From an uncultured Acidobacteriota bacterium (GTDB lineage Bacteria; Acidobacteriota; UBA6911): DNA of 64,000 bases. The stretch lies in NCBI GenBank assembly GCA_963827655.1, contig CAWHCF010000002.1, positions 64,001 through 128,000 of the forward strand, given 5' to 3'. The notes below the pieces were generated by a model. That model was not told the DNA's origin. It ran no database searches and saw only the letters and a program-made list of their open reading frames with translations. The position numbers and the translations under genes were made by a program. Positions within the stretch are counted from its first letter, which is position 1. Every line of letters begins with the position of its first letter. Shown here one piece after another: positions 1-8,741 of this stretch.

Positions 1-1
1 A

Positions 2-892
2 CCCGGAGACATTTCCGGTGTGGTCCGCACTCAGTTCGGTCTTCACATCATCAAGGTACTGCGCCATGACATACCGGATCTCGAAGCGAGCCGGAGTCTT
101 ATCACCCGGACAGTCCAGCTGAACAAAGCCTCTGACATTGCCAAGCAAAAGGCTGTGGAAGCGGCGCGGCTGGCGGAGACTCAAAAGGACCTGAACCAGG
201 TCGCAAAGGCTCTAGCCGTCGTCACAGAGATCCGAGAAACGGGGTTCATCGCCAAAGATTCCGATCCGCTTGCCAGCGGAGTCTCCCAGCCTTTTGTCGA
301 CGAGGTTTTCAGACTCAAGGAAATCGGAGCGACGGGCAAAGCAGTGGATCATCCTTCAGGACAGGCACTCCCGAAACTGCTGGAGATCCAGCTACCCAAA
401 CCACCCGATTTCACCACGTCCCGGCCGCGTGTTGAACAGGACTACATCGAAGTCAAGGCTCGAGAACTGATACAGGCTGAAGCGAAGAAGATCTCGGACG
501 AGGCTGTCAAATCGGGCGACATCGAGAAAACGGCGCAACCGAGGAAGCTCATGGTCAAGACAACGCCGGCTTTCAAACGTGGCGGAGTTGCAGATCCAGA
601 GCTTGGCAATGTCCCGCAGTTTAACGACGCTGCCTTCACCCTTCCAATCGGAGCTGTCAGCCCTCCTATCAGTCTTGAGGGGGGGAACCACGTGGCAGTG
701 CTTCAAGTCAAGTCGCGTTCTGACTTCAATGAGCCCGAATTCGAGAAGCAGAAGGGTGATCTGCGAAACAAGATTCTGGGCTCCTGGAAGGAGGCTTACT
801 TCCAGCAGTACATCCGTCAGATTACAGAAGCCCTGGAAAAATCGGGGAAGATTCGGATCAACTCCCGAGCCGTCGACGAGGTCGTGGGGTGA
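2..892 (+). CDS. PpiD/SurA-like parvulin peptidyl-prolyl isomerase chaperone, C-terminal part (5' end outside window)
   Basis: Frame is open from base 2: PGDISGVVRTQFGLHIIKV is a parvulin/rotamase C-terminal motif, followed by PpiD-like degenerate repeats (ETGFIAKDS..., TTPAFKRGG...AAFTLPIGAVSPPI). Confidence 0.85.
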   Translation, partial: PGDISGVVRTQFGLHIIKVLRHDIPDLEASRSLITRTVQLNKASDIAKQKAVEAARLAETQKDLNQVAKALAVVTEIRETGFIAKDSDPLASGVSQPFVDEVFRLKEIGATGKAVDHPSGQALPKLLEIQLPKPPDFTTSRPRVEQDYIEVKARELIQAEAKKISDEAVKSGDIEKTAQPRKLMVKTTPAFKRGGVADPELGNVPQFNDAAFTLPIGAVSPPISLEGGNHVAVLQVKSRSDFNEPEFEKQKGDLRNKILGSWKEAYFQQYIRQITEALEKSGKIRINSRAVDEVVG

Positions 893-910
893 CACAAAAG
901 GCAGTACTGC

Positions 911-2737
911 CTACTGCTTGCCTATTTCGATCGCCAGTCCGTAGCTGTCACCAGGAATCCTGATCTCTATTCCTTGCACCATACCTCGTACCGCCTGAAC
1001 AATCTCACGCGCGATAGCAATTCCCTCCTGCTTCTCACTCTGGGGTGAACCCGCAGCCCGCATCCGCGCGAGCAGCGCATCGGGAATACTGAATCCCGGA
1101 ACTTCATTGTTCAGGAACTCTATCTCGTCGTAGCTGGACAGAGGCCGGATGCCCGCGATCAGAGGTATCTTGAGGTGCTCGGAGCGCCTCAGGAATGCTT
1201 CCAGCATCTCGGGCCGAAAGATCGGGGTTGTGATCGCGAAATGAGCTCCGGCTTCGACCTTGTATTCCAGCCGCCGGACCTCCTCTTCGAGCTTCAGGGC
1301 TGCCAGATCCACCGTTACGCCCACAAAAAACCCGGTGGGGCGGGCAATCCTTTTTCCCCCCAGATCGCGCCCCTGGTTGAGACTCGCGACCAGGTGCGAC
1401 CCGCCTATCGAGTCCACATCATGAACTGCAGTCGCATCGACGTAGTCTCCGATCCGCAATGGTTCTCCGGTCGAGAGGCACAGATTCCGAAGCCCCATGG
1501 CATAAGCGCCCAGTAACTCCGACTGCATCGACAGCAAACTCCGGTCGCCACATGTGTAGTGAAGTACCGGTTCCACTCCCGACTGAGCCTGAATCACCAC
1601 AGCGAGTGCCATCGCGCCCATGCTGGCGCTCGAGCGCGGCGCCTCGGAGACTCTCACTGCATCGACGCCGGCCTCCTTGAGACGGCTTACTCCTTCGATC
1701 GCGTGAGCAGGATCGCCTCCGCGCGGCGGCACGATATCGACCAGGAGGACGCGCTCCTTTCGGAGAATACGCTGCGCGAGCCGGCTGCGCTGTTCCGTTG
1801 GAATCACCTCTACCGCAGGTTGGTCGTCGGCTTGCAGCACGGCGACCGTCTTGCCCGTCACCGGCCGCAGCGCTCGAACTGCGCTGCGAATTGACTTGAT
1901 GTGGGCCGGCGTGGTGCCGCAGCATCCTCCGACCACCCGGACTCCGGCTCGAATGAATCGCCTCGCGTAGCTGGTTATGTATTCCGGAGACGAGAGGTAG
2001 AGGTTTCGTCCCTCGAAGCTTCGGGGCTTTCCGGCATTGGGCTGCGCAACCAGCTTCCGGGTCACCACGGTAGCCATCCGTTCCATGCTCTCCAGCATGA
2101 CCTGAGGACCCACTCCGCAGTTCGCCCCTATAATGTCGGCCCCCCAGCTCTCGAGCTGGCGTCCGAAGGTCTCCGGAGGGGAGCCATCCAGGCTATTGCC
2201 GTCCTCCTCCAGCGTCAGCTGAGCCATGATGGGAAGATCGCTTACTTCTTTTGCCGCCAGGATCGCGGCGTGAATTTCATTCAGGTCGAAGAATGTCTCA
2301 AGGCAAAGCAAATCGACTCCAGCTTCCACCAGGGCGCCAATCTGTTCCACGAATATGGCACGGGCCTCATCCACTCCCATCTTCCCGTAGGGTTCGATTC
2401 GGATTCCTAAAGGTCCGACCGATCCACCGACGTATGCCGAAGCTCCGGCGACTTCTCTCGCAATCCTGGCGCCGGCCGAATTTATGTCACCCACGCGGTC
2501 TGCCAGACCGTGAGGTTCCAATTTGATACGGTTGGCGCCGAACGTGTTGGTCTCCAGGATTTCCGCACCCGCCCACATATATTCCTGGTGAACGTCGCGC
2601 ACCAGAGACGGATGGCTCAGATTCAGCTCGTCGAAGCAGCGGTTCAGGAACACTCCCTTCGAATAGAGCTGGGTCCCCATCGCGCCGTCGCACACCACGA
2701 CGCTTTCATCCAGGTACTCCAGGAAAGGTTTGAGCAT
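911..2737 (-). CDS. yitJ: Bifunctional homocysteine S-methyltransferase / methylenetetrahydrofolate reductase-like protein (YitJ-like)
   Basis: DGAMGTQL, ETNTFGAN, GANC and GGCCGTTP (Zn ligands) of the HMT domain, followed by a MetF-like domain. Start moved to ATG 2737 (MLKPFLEY) because the ORF-track extension is unlike the family. Confidence 0.88.
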   Translation of the reverse strand: MLKPFLEYLDESVVVCDGAMGTQLYSKGVFLNRCFDELNLSHPSLVRDVHQEYMWAGAEILETNTFGANRIKLEPHGLADRVGDINSAGARIAREVAGASAYVGGSVGPLGIRIEPYGKMGVDEARAIFVEQIGALVEAGVDLLCLETFFDLNEIHAAILAAKEVSDLPIMAQLTLEEDGNSLDGSPPETFGRQLESWGADIIGANCGVGPQVMLESMERMATVVTRKLVAQPNAGKPRSFEGRNLYLSSPEYITSYARRFIRAGVRVVGGCCGTTPAHIKSIRSAVRALRPVTGKTVAVLQADDQPAVEVIPTEQRSRLAQRILRKERVLLVDIVPPRGGDPAHAIEGVSRLKEAGVDAVRVSEAPRSSASMGAMALAVVIQAQSGVEPVLHYTCGDRSLLSMQSELLGAYAMGLRNLCLSTGEPLRIGDYVDATAVHDVDSIGGSHLVASLNQGRDLGGKRIARPTGFFVGVTVDLAALKLEEEVRRLEYKVEAGAHFAITTPIFRPEMLEAFLRRSEHLKIPLIAGIRPLSSYDEIEFLNNEVPGFSIPDALLARMRAAGSPQSEKQEGIAIAREIVQAVRGMVQGIEIRIPGDSYGLAIEIGKQ

Positions 2738-3205
2738 GCGTGAAATCTTATCACCACGGAGGGGGATTTTCGATTGACGAGTGAGGAGACCTGCACTTAG
2801 GGTTGCTTGCGAGCGCCTTCGGTGACCAGCAGGCGCAGGCAAGTTTCCTGGAATCTGCGCATTTCGCGGCTGCGGCCCGAAGCGCCTGCAGCGGAATGTG
2901 AACCTATTCCTGCGCGAACCCTTGGGCAGCGCGCCCATGCACTCCCGAAAATTTTTGCTGACTTCGGGTGGTAGGTTGCGACCAATGTTAGGATTTACAG
3001 CGGTCAATACCTTATAAATAAGCCTGCACCCGTGAGAACTTGAGCAATTCAAGACATCGGTTTGACGTCGTGCAGTGTGAACGACCTCGCGCGCGAAGGC
3101 CCTTTTCAAGGTGGGCAGGTCAGTAGAACCGACTTTCAGGCGGCGCCGGCCGAAGCCGGGACTACGAATTTGACCGAACCTTGAGCTTTGCCAGGACATC
3201 GAGTC

Positions 3206-4618
3206 ATGAATCGAATGAAGTCCAGATCAATTGTGAAACTCCTTGTTTCCATGGCTCTCCTTGGCTCGATGGATCCGATTTGTCTGGGGCAAACGCCAGC
3301 TTTCCGGATCTATCTGCCGAACCTGGCGGAAGAAGATTGGAGCTTCCTCAAAGATCGGAGCAAATCGGTAGATTTCTGGGATCCGGTCAAATACATCTCG
3401 CTTGGCGCGGAGGATCGATTTCTCACGCTAGCCGGGGAAATCCGATTCAGGCCGGAGGGGTTTCGGATTCGTGGTACTGGAGACATCCCGACCACACGGG
3501 ACGGCTACCTTCTTCAGCGTTATCTCCTTGGAGCCGATTTTCACTTGAACCGGCGGTTTCGCTTTTACACTGAAATCCAGAGCGGCCTCATCAATGGAAG
3601 ACTGAACTCGCCTCGGCCAACCGACAAGAACTCTTTAGACCTGCATCAGACATTCTTCGAATGGAAAGAAAAGCTCCGTGAGGACCGGGAATTCAGCCTG
3701 AGGGCAGGCCGGCAAGAACTGACTATCGGAAGCAGCCGGCTGATTTCGGCAAGTCCTGGCTTGAACGTCAAGCGCAGTTTCGATGGAGTGGTTCTAGCCT
3801 TTAAAGGCAAGACCTGGCATGTGGATGCCGGATTTGCAAGATTGGTAGCCCTTTCGCAAGGAGTGTTTGATGACCTCCCGGATCATGAACAGACCTTTTG
3901 GGGGATTGCATTGGCCCGAAGAAGCTCACGCGTCAAGCAAGGGCAATTGGGCTTCTACTACCTCGGGTTGGATCGGGCAAGTTCCATTTATGCTCAGGGT
4001 ACTGGGCGCGAGCAGCGTCACACCGTTGGAGCCAAATGGTCCGCCTCATGGTCGCGACTCGACCTCGACTATGACGGTATCTTTCAGTGGGGAACCTTTT
4101 CCCGCGCGCGTATCAAGGCTTGGGCTTTCTCGACCGAAACGGGCTACCGGATTTCCCAGACGCACTGGAAGCCGCGCTTCACCGTCCGGTCAAACAGTGC
4201 CTCGGGAGACAAAGATCCGGCTGATCCCAGACTGCAGGCATTCAACCCGCTGTTCCCAGGGAATAGCTATGCTGGAGCCGTTGGATTGTTCGGCCCCACA
4301 AATCTTACCGACCTGACACCTGCCTTCGCGATGGTTCCTCATGAGAAAATCCTGCTTATCGTCGAATGCCCGAACTACTGGAGGACGTCACTTCAAGATG
4401 GGATCTACAATACCAATCTGAGGCTGTTAATCCAGCCCGGCGTCGGTCAGGGGCGTTATGTCGGGAGTAACCCGGGCATCGTACCTATTTGGCGGGTTAC
4501 GCGTCACATCACGATCCAGGGAGCGGTCACTCGTTTCCTTTCCGGAGGCTTTCTGGAAAGAACTTTCGTGGCCAATGGCTTTGGATTTTATTCTTTGTCC
4601 GTTATCTATCGATTTTGA
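3206..4618 (+). CDS. Alginate export (AlgE-like) outer-membrane beta-barrel porin family protein
   Basis: Signal peptide; EEDWSFL..D..KYI, GRQEL.IGSSRLIS, RSFDG, ASGD, FNPLFP motifs; C-terminal YRF barrel signature. Confidence 0.8.
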   Translation: MNRMKSRSIVKLLVSMALLGSMDPICLGQTPAFRIYLPNLAEEDWSFLKDRSKSVDFWDPVKYISLGAEDRFLTLAGEIRFRPEGFRIRGTGDIPTTRDGYLLQRYLLGADFHLNRRFRFYTEIQSGLINGRLNSPRPTDKNSLDLHQTFFEWKEKLREDREFSLRAGRQELTIGSSRLISASPGLNVKRSFDGVVLAFKGKTWHVDAGFARLVALSQGVFDDLPDHEQTFWGIALARRSSRVKQGQLGFYYLGLDRASSIYAQGTGREQRHTVGAKWSASWSRLDLDYDGIFQWGTFSRARIKAWAFSTETGYRISQTHWKPRFTVRSNSASGDKDPADPRLQAFNPLFPGNSYAGAVGLFGPTNLTDLTPAFAMVPHEKILLIVECPNYWRTSLQDGIYNTNLRLLIQPGVGQGRYVGSNPGIVPIWRVTRHITIQGAVTRFLSGGFLERTFVANGFGFYSLSVIYRF

Positions 4619-4651
4619 CCTTCAGAGACGGGATTTGCTTCTTGGGTACAA

Positions 4652-4742
4652 AACAAATACAGACACCAAGACACGAAGAAACACTAAGACACGCTGTTCG
4701 CCATCCAGCATCCTCGTCGCGTGCCCTGGCGCCTTCGCGGTT
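4652..4742. repeat. Purine-rich intergenic repeat (family A): forward copy 4652-4688 and a degenerate inverted copy 4712-4742
   Basis: aacaaatacagacaccaagacacgaagaaacactaag matches copies at 20379, 27563, 51980, 55055 and 58669. Confidence 0.8.
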
Positions 4743-4759
4743 AATGAAGCCCGGCCGAA

Positions 4760-5995
4760 TCAACTCGCCACGAGAACCTCCCGAATGCGACGGGCGACGA
4801 TGCGGTACTCCTTGGGCTGAAGCATCCATACGGCGAGTTCCAGCACCGGATCCTCCTCGCTGGAAGGGCGCACCTCGATCCGTGGTTCCCCATCGCGCAA
4901 GCGCGCGGCGACATCTTTTCGTTTCAAAGGCAAAACCTTCGGATCCCACTGAATGCGGGCGTGAGGCACCTCGTTCGCGATTTCGGGCATGAACATTTCG
5001 CTTTTGGTTACCCCTGGGATACTGGACGCCGTCTTGACAATGAAATCAACCTGCTGCTCCCATTCTTTCAACTGCGCCTTGTGATCCCGCTTCAAGAAGA
5101 GTTCGACCGCGGTAAGGAGCCCGACTATTTCCTCTTTGCCCACCTTGGCCGTGCGTCCGATGGTATCGGAGTGAGGCGATCCGTTCAGGTACGCCGCCTC
5201 GATCAGGTCCTTGCGTCCGAGGAGCAGCCCCGAACATTGCGGACCTTGCAGTCCCTTGCCTCCGCTGAAGCAAACAAGATCAAATCCCATCTTGTTGTAC
5301 TCGCCCAGGCGGGATGCCGGCGGAACGTCGGCCGCTGCATCGATCATGGTGGGAACACCGGCCTTCTTACCGATTTCGACAAACTCGGCACGCTTGACGG
5401 AGCCTTTCGGATCGGCGCTGTTGAGAAAGAGCATCATTGCTGTCCGCGCCCCAAGAGCGTTCCTCATTTGTTCGCTTCCCTCTACCTCGACCAGCTTGAC
5501 TCCCACGGCCCGTACGGCGTGGTCGTAGCCGAAGCGATGGGTCTTCTGGATGACGACCTGGTCTTTGATCCCTTGCAGGTCAGGGAGATTCTTGATTCGC
5601 TCCTGATCCTTTCCGGCCACGCATGCTGCCGTGCCGAGAGTCAGGGATCCGGCGGCTCCTGAAGTTACCAGCGCGGCTTCCACTCCCACCAGCTGGGCAA
5701 TTCTCTTTCCGACTGCATCGTGCAGTTCCGGTATGGAGACATGTACCTGAGCGGCTTCTTCCATGGCTTCGCGAACTTCGGGCGGGACGAGACAGGCGCT
5801 GAGCGTGGTATACGTTCCGGCGGCATTGATTAAAGGCCGAATCCCCAGGCGTGTATAAACGTTCTTCGCCGAACTGAATCCAGCCCGCGGTGACGCCGCC
5901 AGCAAGCGCGGCCAGTAACTCTGGGTTACGAAGGACAGAAGCCCGGCACTCCAGAAAAAGCGCCGGCGCCCCAACCGTAGCGTGTCATTAATCAT
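4760..5995 (-). CDS. SelA-like / DgaE-like PLP-dependent enzyme with probable Tat signal
   Basis: INAAGTYTTLS, VTSGAAGSL, DAAA, FSGGK (PLP lysine), GPQCSGLLLG, KVGKEEIVG; N-terminal GRRRFF twin-arginine. Confidence 0.85.
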   Translation of the reverse strand: MINDTLRLGRRRFFWSAGLLSFVTQSYWPRLLAASPRAGFSSAKNVYTRLGIRPLINAAGTYTTLSACLVPPEVREAMEEAAQVHVSIPELHDAVGKRIAQLVGVEAALVTSGAAGSLTLGTAACVAGKDQERIKNLPDLQGIKDQVVIQKTHRFGYDHAVRAVGVKLVEVEGSEQMRNALGARTAMMLFLNSADPKGSVKRAEFVEIGKKAGVPTMIDAAADVPPASRLGEYNKMGFDLVCFSGGKGLQGPQCSGLLLGRKDLIEAAYLNGSPHSDTIGRTAKVGKEEIVGLLTAVELFLKRDHKAQLKEWEQQVDFIVKTASSIPGVTKSEMFMPEIANEVPHARIQWDPKVLPLKRKDVAARLRDGEPRIEVRPSSEEDPVLELAVWMLQPKEYRIVARRIREVLVAS

Positions 5996-6015
5996 ACTGC
6001 TACCCTCCTGAAATT

Positions 6016-6105
6016 CGGTGACAGGCTACGCTTTTCCCGATTTTTTGCCACCCTCGTTGCGCAGGATGCAATCGGCGTAATCGGGAAAAGCGTAGCCTGT
6101 CACCG
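6016..6105. repeat. Perfect 27-bp inverted repeat with a 36-bp spacer (REP-like stem-loop)
   Basis: cggtgacaggctacgcttttcccgatt (6016-6042) is the exact reverse complement of aatcgggaaaagcgtagcctgtcaccg (6079-6105). Confidence 0.92.
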
Positions 6106-7194
6106 TTTTGTTTTGCCGATTACCTCCAATAGGCCCTGAACCAGTAAAGGCAACACTAAAGTTGCATCTGAAAGGACTTCGGCGAAACGGCCGCCCTCTT
6201 CCCGAGGAACGAACTTTCCCCAGGACACGCCTTCCGAATACGTGCAGCCACTCAGTCCGCCCCAATAGTCAGGCTCGGGACAGATTCTCACCCCATACTT
6301 GAACCGGGGGGGAGTAAATGCGGTTCCGACCCGAACATTGGTGATTTCCATGTACGGGCCGGCCTGCTGCGCCCAGTTTCGAGGCACGCCTCCGCCGATC
6401 GTGAAGATGCCGAGAGTCTTCGCGCCCATTACATTGCGCGTGTAGCTGTTCAAATCAAGATACGGGTTGAACGCCGGCGCGAAGGAGGTGCATTCGGCGA
6501 GTGTAGCCTTGGCTTTTTTCTTCTTGCGCTCGCCGTATCGCGATTCCATCCCCTGCCGCATAGCCCAGGTCGAGATATCCAGGCCCAGCTCCGAGTCGGT
6601 GAAAGCGGGAATGTAAACCGGAACGCCTTTCTGATACGCGCTTTTGAGAATGCCGTCACCCTGGTGGTCCTGGGCCAGTGTGCGGCCCAGTTCGCGCGTC
6701 AGAAACTCCGAATAGAGTACGGCGCCCTTCGGAATTCGCTCCAGAGTGGCAGAGACAACCCGCTCGACGCTGTTGAGATTCGCCTCCATCTCCAGCGTGT
6801 CGTAGACGCGGTTGTAGCCCTTTGCGAAAAGCTCTGCGTCGTTCATTCTGGAATCGGCCTTGTAATGCGTGCCGCCGATCGACTCGCTGAAACCGTGGGC
6901 CATCAGGGCCCCGGTCGAAACCACAGCGTGAATCATTTCGTGATCGATCATGCGGCAGATGATCGTTCCCATCTTGGCAATGGTCATTGCTCCCGAAAAC
7001 GTGCCCACCACGTAGCAATCGGGGTCGACGATCATCTCCTTCATTATGTCAAACGCCTCTCCTAACCGCCGGCCGCCGAACGAGGTGTCTCCCATTGCCT
7101 CGAGGAGATCGGCAAACGACTTGATCCGGTCGGGATTAAGCGAGGCCAGTGCAACCAGTCCGTCCTCTCTACCGTCATGGAGTTTTCGCCGCAT
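6100..7194 (-). CDS. Deoxyhypusine synthase-like protein (bacterial DHS / homospermidine synthase-like)
   Basis: SGAMT, VSTGA, NRVYD, GVPVYIPAFTDSELG, IGGGVPRNW, GGLSGCTYSEGVSWGK (catalytic Lys retained). Confidence 0.9.
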   Translation of the reverse strand: MRRKLHDGREDGLVALASLNPDRIKSFADLLEAMGDTSFGGRRLGEAFDIMKEMIVDPDCYVVGTFSGAMTIAKMGTIICRMIDHEMIHAVVSTGALMAHGFSESIGGTHYKADSRMNDAELFAKGYNRVYDTLEMEANLNSVERVVSATLERIPKGAVLYSEFLTRELGRTLAQDHQGDGILKSAYQKGVPVYIPAFTDSELGLDISTWAMRQGMESRYGERKKKKAKATLAECTSFAPAFNPYLDLNSYTRNVMGAKTLGIFTIGGGVPRNWAQQAGPYMEITNVRVGTAFTPPRFKYGVRICPEPDYWGGLSGCTYSEGVSWGKFVPREEGGRFAEVLSDATLVLPLLVQGLLEVIGKTKR

Positions 7195-7388
7195 CAGGAA
7201 GCCTGGTGGCTCATCGCTCCCTTTATGGAATCGACAACCTGTTCAAGGGAAAGGCGATCGGTGTTGAACACAAGATCGTATGAGCAGGGATCGTCCGGAT
7301 CCCGCTTGAAATGGTGGTGAACGAAATTCCGGCGCTCGCTGTCGCATTGACGCATACGCCGACGAGCTTCGTCCGGCGTGGTATTCAT
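7194..7388 (-). pseudogene. 64-aa ORF resembling only the C-terminal part of a cytidylate kinase-like protein
   Basis: EARRRMRQCDSERRNFVHHHFKRDPDDPCSYDLVFNTDRLSLEQVVDSI; no P-loop upstream; preceded by GGAGG and overlapping the DHS start (TGATG). Confidence 0.6.
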
Positions 7389-7710
7389 AGCGCCCTCCAG
7401 GGAAAATTCGGTTGCGCAGGTGCTGCGTGTATGGATAGCATCATCAGACGTACGCTCGCAATTTTTGAGCTCGCACTGGTAACCACCAAGACAAGGGTCT
7501 TGTACAAGGACTCGTGATAATCTTCGACGCCAAAAGAGCCCCTGAGTCATTCGACAACGCTGCACGGTATCATGGACTAGACTCTGGGCGCGCCATCGAG
7601 CTCCTGAACCAGGCTCTGGCGGACGTGACTGTTTCTGGCGATATGGTCGACGATCGCACGAGCAAGACATGCCGCCCAGGTACAAGGCGCAAGCCGAGGT
7701 TACGCTGCGT

Positions 7711-7910
7711 CGCGCCCTGAAAGGGCGAAGGAAATTGCCGGGGGTTGAGCGAAGCGCCTGCCCCCGGTTGACACCAGCAAAGAGATCGCGCCGAGAGGCG
7801 CGCGCGGCTCCTCAATGCTCCTGCGCCTTTCAGGGCGCGTGGACACAATCCCGCAAACCCGGGCTGCGCTTCGCTGCCCGGGGCTCATTTCCGTACGCCC
7901 CTCCGGGGCG
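7711..7910. repeat. REP/REPIN-like composite palindromic element
   Basis: Symmetric series of hairpins: cgccctgaaagggcg, ccggggg..cccccgg, cgcgccgagaggcgcg, gcgcctttcagggcgc, cccggg..cccggg, cgcccctccggggcg. Confidence 0.75.
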
Positions 7911-8078
7911 GTTAGCGCTCAAAAGCCAGACACGTTACGTATTTTGCGCGACTAAGGTTCGTTCGGGACTTCGCCCCGAACGAAGGCCCCTTGTGAACGA
8001 CAACATGTTGGTTTGAACGTTCACTAAGCGCCTAAGACACCAAGAGTCGTGGCAAAAAAGCATGCGGGGAGATAGCAG

Positions 8079-8453
8079 GTGGAAAGGACGTTTGCCGCAT
8101 TGGGCGCCGTATCGGCATTTCTCGCCGTCGCAGCCGGAGCGTTCGGGGCTCACGGCTTGCGGCAACGCCTTTCTGCGGATATGCTCGCCGTCTTTGAAGT
8201 CGCCGTACGCTACCAGATGTATCACGCTCTGGCTTTGCTGGCTGTGAGCTGGGCTCAGACTCGATGGCCCGGGCCTGCCCTTCAACTTTCAGGTTATGCA
8301 TTTGTGGCGGGCACGATTCTTTTTTCGGGGAGTTTGTACCTCTTGTCCCTGACCGGCGCCCGCTGGCTGGGGGCCATCACACCTCTCGGCGGGCTGGCCT
8401 TCCTGGTGGGATGGCTCGCGTTCGCCTGGGCTGTGTGGAAATACGGAGCCTGA
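8079..8453 (+). CDS. DUF423 (YgdD/YwdK-like) small membrane protein
   Basis: AGAFGAHGL, AVRYQMYHALAL, GTILFSGSLY, LGAITPLGG. Confidence 0.92.
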   Translation: MERTFAALGAVSAFLAVAAGAFGAHGLRQRLSADMLAVFEVAVRYQMYHALALLAVSWAQTRWPGPALQLSGYAFVAGTILFSGSLYLLSLTGARWLGAITPLGGLAFLVGWLAFAWAVWKYGA

Positions 8454-8479
8454 GACTTCGGTCTTGCGAGACTTTCAAG

Positions 8480-8686
8480 ATGAATGTTGAAGAGGCAAGA
8501 GAACAGTTCGGGCGCCGCATACAGCGGTGTTACGGCTGTTACGTCGCCTTCTACTTGAAGGACATGTGGTTGGGTGAAGGTGGAACTTTCTACTGCGCGA
8601 ATTGCAAGGACGATACCATGTTCCATTTCGATGATTTCTCGACCAGGATTGATTTCAGCAAACCCCCCAGCCCGCAGACTGAATAG
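8480..8686 (+). CDS. Small (68 aa) putative zinc-ribbon protein
   Basis: MNVEEAREQFGRRIQRCYGC...FYCANCKDD: two CxxC pairs; ATG 8480 lies just after the DUF423 gene. Confidence 0.6.
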   Translation: MNVEEAREQFGRRIQRCYGCYVAFYLKDMWLGEGGTFYCANCKDDTMFHFDDFSTRIDFSKPPSPQTE

Positions 8687-8741
8687 CTCCAATTCGATCG
8701 CGAAGCCGCCAGGACGCGAAGCTGAAAGGAGACCTTGAGCA

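Noticed and set aside
2738-3200. SAM riboswitch upstream of the methionine-synthesis gene
   Set aside because: The cttatc...ggaggg resemblance is on the wrong strand, and the SAM-I core (GCAACC, GTGC, closing GAT) is not in order on the minus strand.
4760-5995. True selenocysteine synthase selA / Sec machinery
   Set aside because: Tat-like leader, two paralogs, and no selB, selD or tRNA-Sec nearby. It fits the SelA-like/DgaE group.
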